From IMG/VR virus record IMGVR_UViG_3300016474_000092, positions 1 to 37,980 of that record: 37,980 nt of DNA. One strand, given 5' to 3'. The stretch comes from a virus. Every line of letters starts with the position of its first letter. Within the stretch, counting starts at the first letter, position 1. A program made the translations under genes and the position numbers. Shown one piece after another: positions 7,775 through 15,630 of the stretch. A model generated the notes under the pieces. It did not search any database. It saw only the letters and a program-made list of their open reading frames with translations, and was not told the origin of the DNA.

Positions 7775-7840
7775 TTGTTTTGTTTGATACTGTTTAAATG
7801 ATTAAAAATACTGTATAGATATACAGTAGTAAAAATATGG
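7775..7840. other. Strongly AT-rich core of the control region (candidate DNA-unwinding element)
   Basis: The sequence TTGTTTTGTTTGATACTGTTTAAATGATTAAAAATACTGTATAGATATACAGTAGTAAAAATATGG is flanked by iterons in an otherwise GC-rich genome. Confidence 0.4.
7809..7828. promoter_or_regulatory. LexA (SOS) box-like palindrome TACTGTATAGATATACAGTA
   Basis: 19 of 20 positions match the beta/gamma-proteobacterial consensus TACTGTATATATATACAGTA (CTGT-N8-ACAG). Confidence 0.6.
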
Positions 7841-8072
7841 CGCGTAGACGGTACGCGCGCAAAACGTGGCGCCAAAAAAAATGGGGTGACCCATTGACCC
7901 ATTTGACCCATAAACCCCAGCCCCAGCCCCTTTTCCGCCCATTTTCCAGAACCGATTTCCGGTTTCAATGGTCATGACCCATTTGACCCATTGACCCGAT
8001 TCGCGTGTGATTTGAGCGCAAGCCTGCAACCTTGATGGCCATGACCCATGTGACCCATTGGCCGCATGCCTG

Positions 8073-8139
8073 GCTGGCGTGACGTGATAACGTAGCTGGC
8101 GTGACGTTATAACATCACATTGCGTGACGTGATAACGTA
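8073..8139. repeat. Three phased copies of GCGTGACGT(G/T)ATAAC(G/A)T with 22-bp periodicity
   Basis: Tandem 22-mers at 8073-8094 and 8095-8116, with a third core at 8122-8139. They end about 150 bp upstream of the small terminase start. Confidence 0.85.
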
Positions 8140-8151
8140 ACACCCGGCAGC

Positions 8152-8178
8152 TCGGAGCTGGTCGATCGGAGCCGGTCG
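8152..8178. repeat. Direct repeat TCGGAGC(T/C)GGTCG, two copies
   Basis: Copies at 8152-8164 and 8166-8178. Confidence 0.7.
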
Positions 8179-8253
8179 GCTGATAGCCCCCGGTGAGGGC
8201 CGGCGAAAGGTCCGGTCAAAAACGGAGGGGTCGCATAAATTTTTTCTTTTAGT

Positions 8254-8259
8254 TATAAT
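8254..8259 (+). promoter_or_regulatory. Candidate -10 element (perfect TATAAT) of the late/structural promoter
   Basis: AAATTTTTTCTTTTAGTTATAATGA lies 27 nt upstream of the small terminase ATG. The -35 element is poor and there is an AT-rich UP-like tract. Confidence 0.4.
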
Positions 8260-8285
8260 GACCTCACCACACATTCTGTTACGCC

Positions 8286-8726
8286 ATGACTTTCCAGTCA
8301 CTCCCGCTCACCGCGCGTACGCTGACCGCAACAGAGGCGCGTTTGCAGCGCATCTACGACGCTGCCAAGTTAGGTTTGAAAGGCGACGCGCTGGCGCTGA
8401 CAGCAGGCATGCTGCCCACCGAGTATCGGCGTCTGTGTCAGATGGACCCCATCGCAGAAATGGCAGAACTCAAAGGGCGCGCTGATGGTGAGAAAGAGCT
8501 GGCGACCGTTATGATGAACGCGGCGCTGGCAGGCGACTCCAAAGCGGCGCTTGAAGTGCTAAAGCATCGGCACGATTGGGTGGCTAAGCAGCAGGTGCAG
8601 ATCGACGTCGCGCAGCAGATCAGTATTATTAGTGCGCTAGAGCAGGCAGAGCAGCGCGTCATCGACGTGCAGGCCACCGAGAAACTGGAGCCATCACTTG
8701 CAGCAGCCACAGTACAGCGCGTCTGA
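8286..8726 (+). CDS. Terminase small subunit (putative)
   Basis: Lies immediately upstream of the large terminase and overlaps it. The segment AALAGDSKAALEVLKHRHDWV resembles the conserved small-terminase helix motif. 146 aa. Confidence 0.65.
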   Translation: MTFQSLPLTARTLTATEARLQRIYDAAKLGLKGDALALTAGMLPTEYRRLCQMDPIAEMAELKGRADGEKELATVMMNAALAGDSKAALEVLKHRHDWVAKQQVQIDVAQQISIISALEQAEQRVIDVQATEKLEPSLAAATVQRV

Positions 8727-10224
8727 CGAACAGCAGTTGATGGTGCGGCTCTGGCAGCCGCGCATCAAAGACGACCCAGAAGCGTTTGTTCTGTTTGTTT
8801 TTCCCTGGGGCCAGAAGGGCACGCCGCTGGAGCATTACTCAGGGCCGCGCAAATGGCAGCGCAAAATCCTGCGCGATCTGGCCCAGCACATAAAGCAGAA
8901 CAACGGACGCTTAGACTACGACGTCTTCCGGTTAGCGGTCGCGTCAGGTCGCGGGATCGGTAAGTCGGCGCTAGTGTCCTGGCTGGTGTTGTGGATGCTG
9001 ACGACAAGGATCGGCAGCACTACGATCGTGTCGGCTAACAGTGAGGCGCAGCTCCGGTCGATCACCTGGTCAGAGATTACTAAGTGGCTGGCGATGATGT
9101 TGAACAGCCATTGGTTCGAGATCAGCGCAACGCGTGTGACGCCTGCCAAGTGGCTGGCTGAGATTGTCGAGCGGGACTTGAAGAAAGGTACGCGCTTCTG
9201 GTCCATCGAGGGGCGCTTGTGGTCGGAAGAGAACCCGGACGCTTACGCGGGTCTGCACAACCTAGACGGCGTGCTGCTGATCTTTGATGAGGCGTCTGGT
9301 ATTCCAGACCCGATCTGGCAGGTGGCCGCAGGCTTCTTTACGGAAAACACGCCCCATCGGTTCTGGTGCGCGTTTAGCAACCCCCGGCGCAACCAGGGCT
9401 ACTTCTTTGAGTGCTTCAATAGCAAGCGCGACTTCTGGAAAACAGAGAACGTAGACGCCCGCGATGTCGAGGACACCGACAAGCAGATATACGAGCAGAT
9501 CATAGCTGAGTACGGCGAGGACAGCCCGCAGGCCAAGATTGAGGTGTACGGGGAGTTTCCGAGCGCGGGCGATGACCAGTTCATCGGGGCTAGTCTGGTG
9601 GACGCGGCGTTTGCCAGGCCCAAGCACAAGGACGAGACGGCACCGATTGTGATCGGTATTGACCCGGCAAGGTCAGGCGGTGACTCGACAGTCATCGCGG
9701 TGCGGCAGGGGCGGGACATCATCGCAATCAAGCGCTACCGGGGCGACGATACAATGACGACCGTAGGCCACGTCATTGACGCGATCGAGGAGTACAAGCC
9801 CACGCTGACGGTAATCGACGAAGGCGGGCTGGGCTACGGCATACTTGACCGGCTGGTAGAACAGCGGTATAAGGTGCGTGGGGTGAACTTTGGCTGGAAA
9901 GCCAAAAACCAGATCATGTGGGGCAACAAACGCGCTGAGTTGTGGGGCGCGTTGAAGAGTTGGTTAAAGACGGCTAGTATTACGCCTGACAGGCAACTGA
10001 AGGCGGATTTGACCGGGCCAAAGACCAAGCCTGACTCAAGCGGTACGATCTTCTTGGAGAGCAAGAAGGACATGAAAGCAAGGGGTCTAGCCTCTCCCGA
10101 CGCGGCGGACGCGATCGCCGTCACGTTCGCCTATCCGGTTGCCAGCCGTGAGCCCCGAGTTGCCCAGACCCGCAGAACCTTTAGCGACCGCGCCTCGGGC
10201 GCGACGAGCTGGATGGGGGCTTAG
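8698..10224 (+). CDS. Terminase large subunit
   Basis: Walker A-like GRGIGKSA, Walker B LLIFDEASG and nuclease motif IGIDPARSGGDSTV. TTG start with GGAG 7 nt upstream. ATG 8740 is an alternative start. Confidence 0.9.
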   Translation: MQQPQYSASDEQQLMVRLWQPRIKDDPEAFVLFVFPWGQKGTPLEHYSGPRKWQRKILRDLAQHIKQNNGRLDYDVFRLAVASGRGIGKSALVSWLVLWMLTTRIGSTTIVSANSEAQLRSITWSEITKWLAMMLNSHWFEISATRVTPAKWLAEIVERDLKKGTRFWSIEGRLWSEENPDAYAGLHNLDGVLLIFDEASGIPDPIWQVAAGFFTENTPHRFWCAFSNPRRNQGYFFECFNSKRDFWKTENVDARDVEDTDKQIYEQIIAEYGEDSPQAKIEVYGEFPSAGDDQFIGASLVDAAFARPKHKDETAPIVIGIDPARSGGDSTVIAVRQGRDIIAIKRYRGDDTMTTVGHVIDAIEEYKPTLTVIDEGGLGYGILDRLVEQRYKVRGVNFGWKAKNQIMWGNKRAELWGALKSWLKTASITPDRQLKADLTGPKTKPDSSGTIFLESKKDMKARGLASPDAADAIAVTFAYPVASREPRVAQTRRTFSDRASGATSWMGA

Positions 10225-10225
10225 C

Positions 10226-10639
10226 ATGCCAGGCGGACCAGCAGCAGGCTACGCAATCGGGCATTACGGCATTGGTATGCGCGATCCGTATAAATCAGAA
10301 GACGACTATTTTAAGAAAAACCCTCATGTAGCAGGTATGGCAGCGGAAGACGATAAAATCGTTATGAATCCGTACAGCCAACTGTCAGACAAAGAAAAAC
10401 AAGCGGTTATTCTTAACGAAGCCGCGCGTGTTCACATGCGCACTGGAATGGCAAAACCGCCTCGGTTTGCGTTGACGCCAGAACAAGAACGCGCGTTTGC
10501 GCAGTACAGTCAGAATCCCGAGGACCGTGCGGCCACTGTAGCGGCGCGTATACTTTCTGGCGACCCGTCAGCGCTAAAACCTACCCCTGAACAGATGGAG
10601 TATGTAAACTATCTGCGTACGTTTATGGGGGTGCGTTAG
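10226..10639 (+). CDS. Hypothetical protein (137 aa)
   Basis: ATG lies directly after the large terminase stop. The ORF-track start at 10139 would overlap the terminase by 86 nt. The region looks more AT-rich than its neighbours. Confidence 0.6.
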   Translation: MPGGPAAGYAIGHYGIGMRDPYKSEDDYFKKNPHVAGMAAEDDKIVMNPYSQLSDKEKQAVILNEAARVHMRTGMAKPPRFALTPEQERAFAQYSQNPEDRAATVAARILSGDPSALKPTPEQMEYVNYLRTFMGVR

Positions 10640-10902
10640 TGGCTACTAAGAAGTCAGTCAGCCTGGCAGTCGGACGCGGCGAGAAGCTGCCCGTGTCCAA
10701 GGGCGCGGGGCTGACCGCCAAGGGGCGAGCCAAGTACAACGCCGCGACCGGCAGCAATTTGAAGGCTCCCGCACCAAATCCCAAGACAGAAGCAGACAAA
10801 GGGCGTAAGGCGTCATTTTGTGCGCGTATGTCAGGGGTTGTCAAAAACGCCAAAGGCGACGCTGAGCGAGCCAAGGCGTCACTCAAACGGTGGAAGTGCT
10901 GA
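10639..10902 (+). CDS. Small basic protein (87 aa)
   Basis: GTG start overlaps the upstream TAG (TAGTG), with GGGGGTG upstream. Lys/Arg-rich, includes KASFCARMSG. Confidence 0.6.
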   Translation: MATKKSVSLAVGRGEKLPVSKGAGLTAKGRAKYNAATGSNLKAPAPNPKTEADKGRKASFCARMSGVVKNAKGDAERAKASLKRWKC

Positions 10903-10903
10903 C

Positions 10904-11056
10904 ATGGCGACTAAACCCGGTTTGTACGCTAATATTCATGCCAAACAGGCCCGCATCAAAGCCGGGTCTGGCGAAAAGATGCGAAAGCCAGGCTCACCCG
11001 GCGCGCCCACGGCCAAAGCCTTCCGTGAGTCGGCCAAAACGGCTAAAAAGAGGTAA
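10904..11056 (+). CDS. Small basic protein (50 aa)
   Basis: ATG lies 1 nt after the upstream stop. GLYANIHAKQARIKAGSGEKMRKPGSPGAP is a motif I recall from many phage small proteins. Confidence 0.6.
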   Translation: MATKPGLYANIHAKQARIKAGSGEKMRKPGSPGAPTAKAFRESAKTAKKR

Positions 11057-11058
11057 TC

Positions 11059-11205
11059 ATGCCCCTCGTCAAGTCACCCAGCAAAGCTGCATTCCGTAAG
11101 AACATCTCGGCGGAAGTTCGCGCTGGCAAGCCTGTTAAGCAAGCCGTAGCCATCGCGTACGCAACTAAGCGAGCGGCGGCTAAACCCCCAATGAAAAAGA
11201 AGTAA
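11059..11205 (+). CDS. Small basic protein (48 aa, MPLVKSPSKAAFRKNISAEVRAGKPVKQAVAIAYATKRAAAKPPMKKK)
   Basis: Hand-translated. AAGAGG ribosome-binding site. The TAATG junction joins it to the portal start. Below the ORF-track cut-off. Confidence 0.6.
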   Translation: MPLVKSPSKAAFRKNISAEVRAGKPVKQAVAIAYATKRAAAKPPMKKK

Positions 11206-13340
11206 TGGCTTACGACCCTACAGGTATGGCGGGCGCTGCTGAAGTAGCAGACGTCGGCGGCTACGAAGGCGACGCGCCTGACAAAACGAACGGGCATCGG
11301 CTGTCGCAGATGCGCGAGCGTTTTAAGGTCGCTGTCAGCGCGTACAGCGACACCCGCGAGGATCAGTTGGACGATCTGCGGTTTATGGCTGGATCGCCCG
11401 ACAACCACTATCAGTGGCCCGCAGACGTGCTGTCCACGCGCGGGTCGGTGCAAGGCCAGACGATCAACGCCCGGCCCTGCCTGACGATCAACAAGCTGCC
11501 ACAGCACGTGCGTCAGGTGACGAACGAACAGCGGCAAAACAGGCCGTCGCCTAACGTCATCCCAGCCGACGACAAAGCGGACATCGAGGTTGCTGAGATT
11601 TTTGACGGAATGATCCGTCATATCGAGTACATCTCGAATGCGGACGTGGCCTACGACACCGCCTGCGACAATCAAGTCACGCACGGCGAGGGTTACATTC
11701 GGATTCTGACCGAATACTGCGACGAAACGAGCTTCGATCAGGACATCAAAATCGGGCGCGTGCGGAACAGCTTTTCGGTCTACATGGACCCCACGATCCA
11801 AGACCCGTGCGGTGCAGATGCTGAGTGGTGTTTCATTACCGAAGATATCCTGAAGTCTGATTACGAGCGGCTGTACCCGAACGCCATGCCGGTCAGCTCG
11901 ATCATGACGCAAGGCGTGGGCGACCAGTCGCTGTCGCAGTGGCTAGGCGAGATGACGGTGAGGATTGCAGAATATTTCTACTGCGATTACAAGCCCGCAA
12001 CGCTCAATCTGTACCCGGACGGCACCACGACGTTCCAAGGCACCCCACAGGACAAAATGATGCGCCAAATGGGCCTAAAACCCAGCAGACAGCGCAAAGT
12101 CCAGCGAAAAAGCATTAAATGGTGCAAAACCAACGGGTACGAGATGATCGAAGAACGCGACTGGGCGGGGTCGTTTATCCCCGTCATTCGCGTGATCGGC
12201 AACGAATGGAACATCGAAGGCCAGCTTGAAATTTCAGGTTTGGTCAGGAATGCCAAAGATGCCCAGCGGATGTACAACTACTGGGTAAGCCAGGAAGCGG
12301 AAATGCTGGCGCTTGCGCCCAAAGCACCGTTTATTGGTTACGGCGGTCAGTTTGAAGGTTACGAAGAGAAATGGAAGACTGCCAATACGCAGAATTACCC
12401 GTATTTGGAGGTCAACCCTGACGTGACCGACGGTGCGGGCAACTTTCTGCCGCTACCGCAGCGCGCCCAACCGCCAATGGCCCAAACGGGCCTGATTCAG
12501 GCGAAAATGGGGGCCTCCGAGGACATCAAAGCGGCTACGGGGCAGTATAACGCTAGCCTTGGTATGACGTCCAACGAGCGGTCTGGACGGGCTATTCTGG
12601 CCCGTCAGCGTGAGGGTGACGTCGGAACGTACCACTACGTCGATAACTACGCCCGTGCGATCCGGTACGTAGGCCGTCAACTGGTCGATCTGATCCCCAA
12701 AATCTACGATACGCCTCGCATTGCGCGGATTATTCAGATTGATGGGCAGTCGGACATGGTGCGGCTTGACCCGAACCAGCCGGAACCCGTGCGGAAGATG
12801 GTGAACGAAGCTGGTGTCGTGGTGCAGAAGATTTACAACCCCGGCGTCGGCAAATACGACGTCAAGGTGACGGTCGGCCCGAGCTACCTGACCAAGCGTC
12901 AAGAGTCGATGGACGCAATGAGCCAGATTCTGCAAGGCAACCCGAACTTGTGGGCTGCGGCAGGCGATTTGTTCGTCAAGAACATGGACTGGCCGGGAGC
13001 GCAAGAGATGGCCGAGCGCCTGAAGAAGATGATCGACCCGAAATTGCTGCAAGACGAGGACGATCCTGCGCTACAGGCGGCCAATCAGCAAATCCAGGCT
13101 ATGCAGCAGCAGATGGAGCAGATGTACAACATGCTCCAGAACGCCAGCAAGTCGATGGAAGCGCAAAAATTGCGCATTGACGAGTACAATGCTGAAACCA
13201 AGCGTTTGCAGGCCATTCAGAGCGGCATGACGCCCGATCAGGTGCAGGATGTGGTCATGCAGACGTTGAAAGACGTGATGACGGCAGGCGATATGGTTAT
13301 GGCCCAACAGCAGATGGCGATGCAAGGAGTGCCACAGTGA
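11205..13340 (+). CDS. Portal protein (P22-like, with a Gln/Met-rich C-terminal coiled-coil barrel)
   Basis: 711 aa, positioned after the terminase genes. The C-terminal QAANQQIQAMQQQMEQMYNMLQ coiled coil resembles the P22 portal barrel. Confidence 0.85.
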   Translation: MAYDPTGMAGAAEVADVGGYEGDAPDKTNGHRLSQMRERFKVAVSAYSDTREDQLDDLRFMAGSPDNHYQWPADVLSTRGSVQGQTINARPCLTINKLPQHVRQVTNEQRQNRPSPNVIPADDKADIEVAEIFDGMIRHIEYISNADVAYDTACDNQVTHGEGYIRILTEYCDETSFDQDIKIGRVRNSFSVYMDPTIQDPCGADAEWCFITEDILKSDYERLYPNAMPVSSIMTQGVGDQSLSQWLGEMTVRIAEYFYCDYKPATLNLYPDGTTTFQGTPQDKMMRQMGLKPSRQRKVQRKSIKWCKTNGYEMIEERDWAGSFIPVIRVIGNEWNIEGQLEISGLVRNAKDAQRMYNYWVSQEAEMLALAPKAPFIGYGGQFEGYEEKWKTANTQNYPYLEVNPDVTDGAGNFLPLPQRAQPPMAQTGLIQAKMGASEDIKAATGQYNASLGMTSNERSGRAILARQREGDVGTYHYVDNYARAIRYVGRQLVDLIPKIYDTPRIARIIQIDGQSDMVRLDPNQPEPVRKMVNEAGVVVQKIYNPGVGKYDVKVTVGPSYLTKRQESMDAMSQILQGNPNLWAAAGDLFVKNMDWPGAQEMAERLKKMIDPKLLQDEDDPALQAANQQIQAMQQQMEQMYNMLQNASKSMEAQKLRIDEYNAETKRLQAIQSGMTPDQVQDVVMQTLKDVMTAGDMVMAQQQMAMQGVPQ

Positions 13341-13699
13341 GCTGCGCAGACTTTATTGGCACGCTTTTTCTTGCTCGAGATGTCACCCATTCGGTGCATC
13401 TCAACACGCGGTCTTACGCCAAACATGTTGCGTTAAACGAGTTTTACGACGGCATCGTCGATCTGGCCGACAAGTTTGCCGAAGCCTATCAAGGCCGCCA
13501 CGGCCTGATCGGGCCCATCTCGCTGATGAGCGCCAAGAAAAACAGCGACGTCATTGACTTTCTCAAAGACTCACTTGCCGACATTGAAGAGATGCGGTAC
13601 AAGGTCTGTGATAAGTCTGATACGCCGCTACAAAACATCATCGATGAGATCGTGGGGCAGTATCTCAAAACTTTGTACAAATTACGCTTCCTCGCATAA
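13337..13699 (+). CDS. Four-helix-bundle protein resembling Dps/ferritin (120 aa)
   Basis: GTG start overlaps the portal stop, with AGGAG 7 nt upstream. HSVHLNTRSYAKHVALNEFYD resembles the first-helix signature of Dps. Confidence 0.5.
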   Translation: MSCADFIGTLFLARDVTHSVHLNTRSYAKHVALNEFYDGIVDLADKFAEAYQGRHGLIGPISLMSAKKNSDVIDFLKDSLADIEEMRYKVCDKSDTPLQNIIDEIVGQYLKTLYKLRFLA

Positions 13700-13708
13700 G
13701 GACGCACG

Positions 13709-14011
13709 ATGGAACTGCTAAATCCTCTTGCCGATGGCAATTTTCCGGCGTATACCGCGTCCTATACGGGCACTGCGGGCAGCACAACAGCTTGGCCCGC
13801 GGGTCCGCAAGGCGTGGTGGTCTGGTCAACGACTGCTGCCTACGTAACCGTAGGCGAAGGCGTGACGGCTACGACCAGCTCGACGCCGATCCCGGCCAAC
13901 ACGCCGATTCCGTTCATCGTGCCGCAAGGCACTGGCGCACCGTGGCGAGTCAGTGCGATCCAGATCGGATCTGCTGGCACGGTCTACGCCAAACCGATCA
14001 ACATCCGATGA
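13709..14011 (+). CDS. Hypothetical virion-module protein (100 aa, Thr/Ala/Gly-rich)
   Basis: AGGA ribosome-binding site, ATG start, ATGA coupling to the next gene. Confidence 0.6.
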   Translation: MELLNPLADGNFPAYTASYTGTAGSTTAWPAGPQGVVVWSTTAAYVTVGEGVTATTSSTPIPANTPIPFIVPQGTGAPWRVSAIQIGSAGTVYAKPINIR

Positions 14012-14361
14012 GCTTTGGCATACCCGTCCGTAACGGCCTGGCGCTAGGGCTAGGCACTGTCATTGCATTGTCGTCGCAATTTGACCCTACGATTGTTGGC
14101 GAGGGTTGGATTGTCTTAGATAGCGCAGGCTCACCGTATATTGTTGACAACATTGTTCTCGACAGCTCGGGAACAGCCTACAATTTGATTAAGCCTGTGT
14201 TGAACAGCGCAGGTGTCGTGTATACAGTTTCCGACACGGTGCTGACAAGTAACGGATCGGCCTATCTGGTAAGCGACAACACAAGTACAAGCGATGGCAC
14301 ATCCTACTCATTGCTGACGGCTGTGCTCGATAGTTCCGCAACTCCGTACTATCCAATTTGA
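14008..14361 (+). CDS. Repeat protein (117 aa) with six copies of an L(D/N/T)S.G..Y.(V/L) unit; probably a fibre-associated protein
   Basis: ATGA overlap with the upstream stop. Repeat units are LDSAGSPYIV, LDSSGTAYNL, LNSAGVVYTV, LTSNGSAYLV, TSDGTSYSL and LDSSATPYYPI. Confidence 0.6.
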   Translation: MSFGIPVRNGLALGLGTVIALSSQFDPTIVGEGWIVLDSAGSPYIVDNIVLDSSGTAYNLIKPVLNSAGVVYTVSDTVLTSNGSAYLVSDNTSTSDGTSYSLLTAVLDSSATPYYPI

Positions 14362-14369
14362 GGTGCTAA

Positions 14370-15629
14370 ATGGCAGCTTATGAAGTCCTTCTGCTGAATA
14401 CAGCAGTCCCCCAGATTCAAGCCGCACAGTCGGGCGATACTTACGTTGTGCCGCGCGATATTGCGTTTTCCGCTGCGCTTACACTATCGGCAGGCACCGC
14501 GAACGGAGTGCCGTACCTGAACGGCAGCAAGGTGTTGACGACTGGCAGCGCGTTGCAGTTTGACGGAACCAACCTTGGGGTAGGGATAACGCCTGCGTAT
14601 GCGTTGGATGTACAAACCACTGCCGGTCGCTTCCAAGTGCAAAACTATGGCGCTGGCTCCGTCTTGCTCAATAGCAACGGAGCGATGGCGTATAAAGCCG
14701 CCACTACGGGGCATCAGTTTTTTAACGCATCTTCCCAAGCCATGACGCTAGATGCGTCGGGGAATCTGGGTATTGGGACAACAAATCCACAAGCAAGGTT
14801 AGAGATCGCTCAATCCGCGGACAACACAGACGGCCCAAAACTTCGCATTGCAAACAACGGCAACACGCTCTCAAACGGTCAGCTAATTGGCGGCATTGAC
14901 TTTTTTGACGGGGACGATTCTGGCGAAGGTGTTGGTGCGTATATTTATTCGTATACAACCGACTCTATAGGCCAAGCAGGGGGGCAAGACCTCCGGTTTG
15001 CCGCGGGCACCACCGAACGCGCCCGGATAACGTCGGGTGGGTATTTCAAGGCGAGTAATAACGGGACGTATAACGATGCTGCTGGTGCATACCATGAATT
15101 GCGTCAAACGGCAGATGGTGCTGCATTACGACTAAGCTCAACAAATGCGTCGCTAACCAACGTTGTTCAAGTTATTGCCGTTGACAGAAACACAACGAAC
15201 AACACGTTTTATGCTCTTTCGTATTACAACAGTGGCGCGGCAGCGTTTAAGTTGCTTATAGCCGACTCTGGCGACGTTACCAACACTAACGGCACCTACG
15301 GCACCATTTCTGACGCCAAGATGAAGACCGACATTGTGGACGCCGGTTCACAGTGGTCAGACATCAAAGCTCTGCGCTTCCGCAAGTTCAAGATGAAGAA
15401 CGACCCGTCTGGTCTTGTCCAGTTGGGTGTCGTGGCTCAGGAAGTAGAACTTACCTCGCCCGGTCTGGTGGATGAACACGCAGACAAAGACGCAGAAGGT
15501 AACGATCTCGGCACCACTACCAAGTCAGTCAAGACCTCTGTACTGCTGATGAAAGCCGCTGTTGCCCTGCAAGAAGCAATGGCCCGGATCGAACAACTGG
15601 AGGCGAAAGTCGCCGCAATGGGAGCCTAA
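14370..15629 (+). CDS. Tail fibre protein with a C-terminal intramolecular chaperone (peptidase S74-type) domain
   Basis: TISDAKMKTDIVD...LRFRKFKMK...QLGVVAQEVE...LEAKVAAM matches the auto-cleaving chaperone domain of endosialidase and L-shaped fibres. GAGGTG ribosome-binding site. Confidence 0.85.
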   Translation: MAAYEVLLLNTAVPQIQAAQSGDTYVVPRDIAFSAALTLSAGTANGVPYLNGSKVLTTGSALQFDGTNLGVGITPAYALDVQTTAGRFQVQNYGAGSVLLNSNGAMAYKAATTGHQFFNASSQAMTLDASGNLGIGTTNPQARLEIAQSADNTDGPKLRIANNGNTLSNGQLIGGIDFFDGDDSGEGVGAYIYSYTTDSIGQAGGQDLRFAAGTTERARITSGGYFKASNNGTYNDAAGAYHELRQTADGAALRLSSTNASLTNVVQVIAVDRNTTNNTFYALSYYNSGAAAFKLLIADSGDVTNTNGTYGTISDAKMKTDIVDAGSQWSDIKALRFRKFKMKNDPSGLVQLGVVAQEVELTSPGLVDEHADKDAEGNDLGTTTKSVKTSVLLMKAAVALQEAMARIEQLEAKVAAMGA

Positions 15630-15630
15630 G

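Larger units (their letters stand above)
7646..8058. repeat. Iteron field of ten perfect TGACCCAT octamers plus degenerate copies
   Basis: Plus orientation at 7646, 7887, 7895, 7904, 7975, 7984, 8042 and 8051. Reverse orientation (ATGGGTCA) at 7758 and 7767. Degenerate copies at 7723, 7968 and 7992. Confidence 0.9.

Noticed and set aside
7646-8139. Whether the repeat field could be a CRISPR array.
   Set aside because: The repeat units are only 8 bp or 22 bp long. They are irregularly spaced, lie in both orientations and are not separated by unique spacers of uniform length.
7696-8301. ORFs 7696-7968(-), 7802-8143(-), 8107-8301(-) and 8258-8485(+) in the control region.
   Set aside because: They are made up of the iterons, the palindrome and the 22-bp repeats, which gives repetitive peptides. 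They have no ribosome-binding sites. The region behaves as non-coding regulatory DNA.
13792-14007. The N-terminal extension of ORF 13792-14361, or a programmed frameshift linking it to 13709-14011.
   Set aside because: The extension is Arg-rich out-of-frame sequence that overlaps a well-supported gene. ATG 14008 forms a clean ATGA junction. I saw no slippery heptamer.
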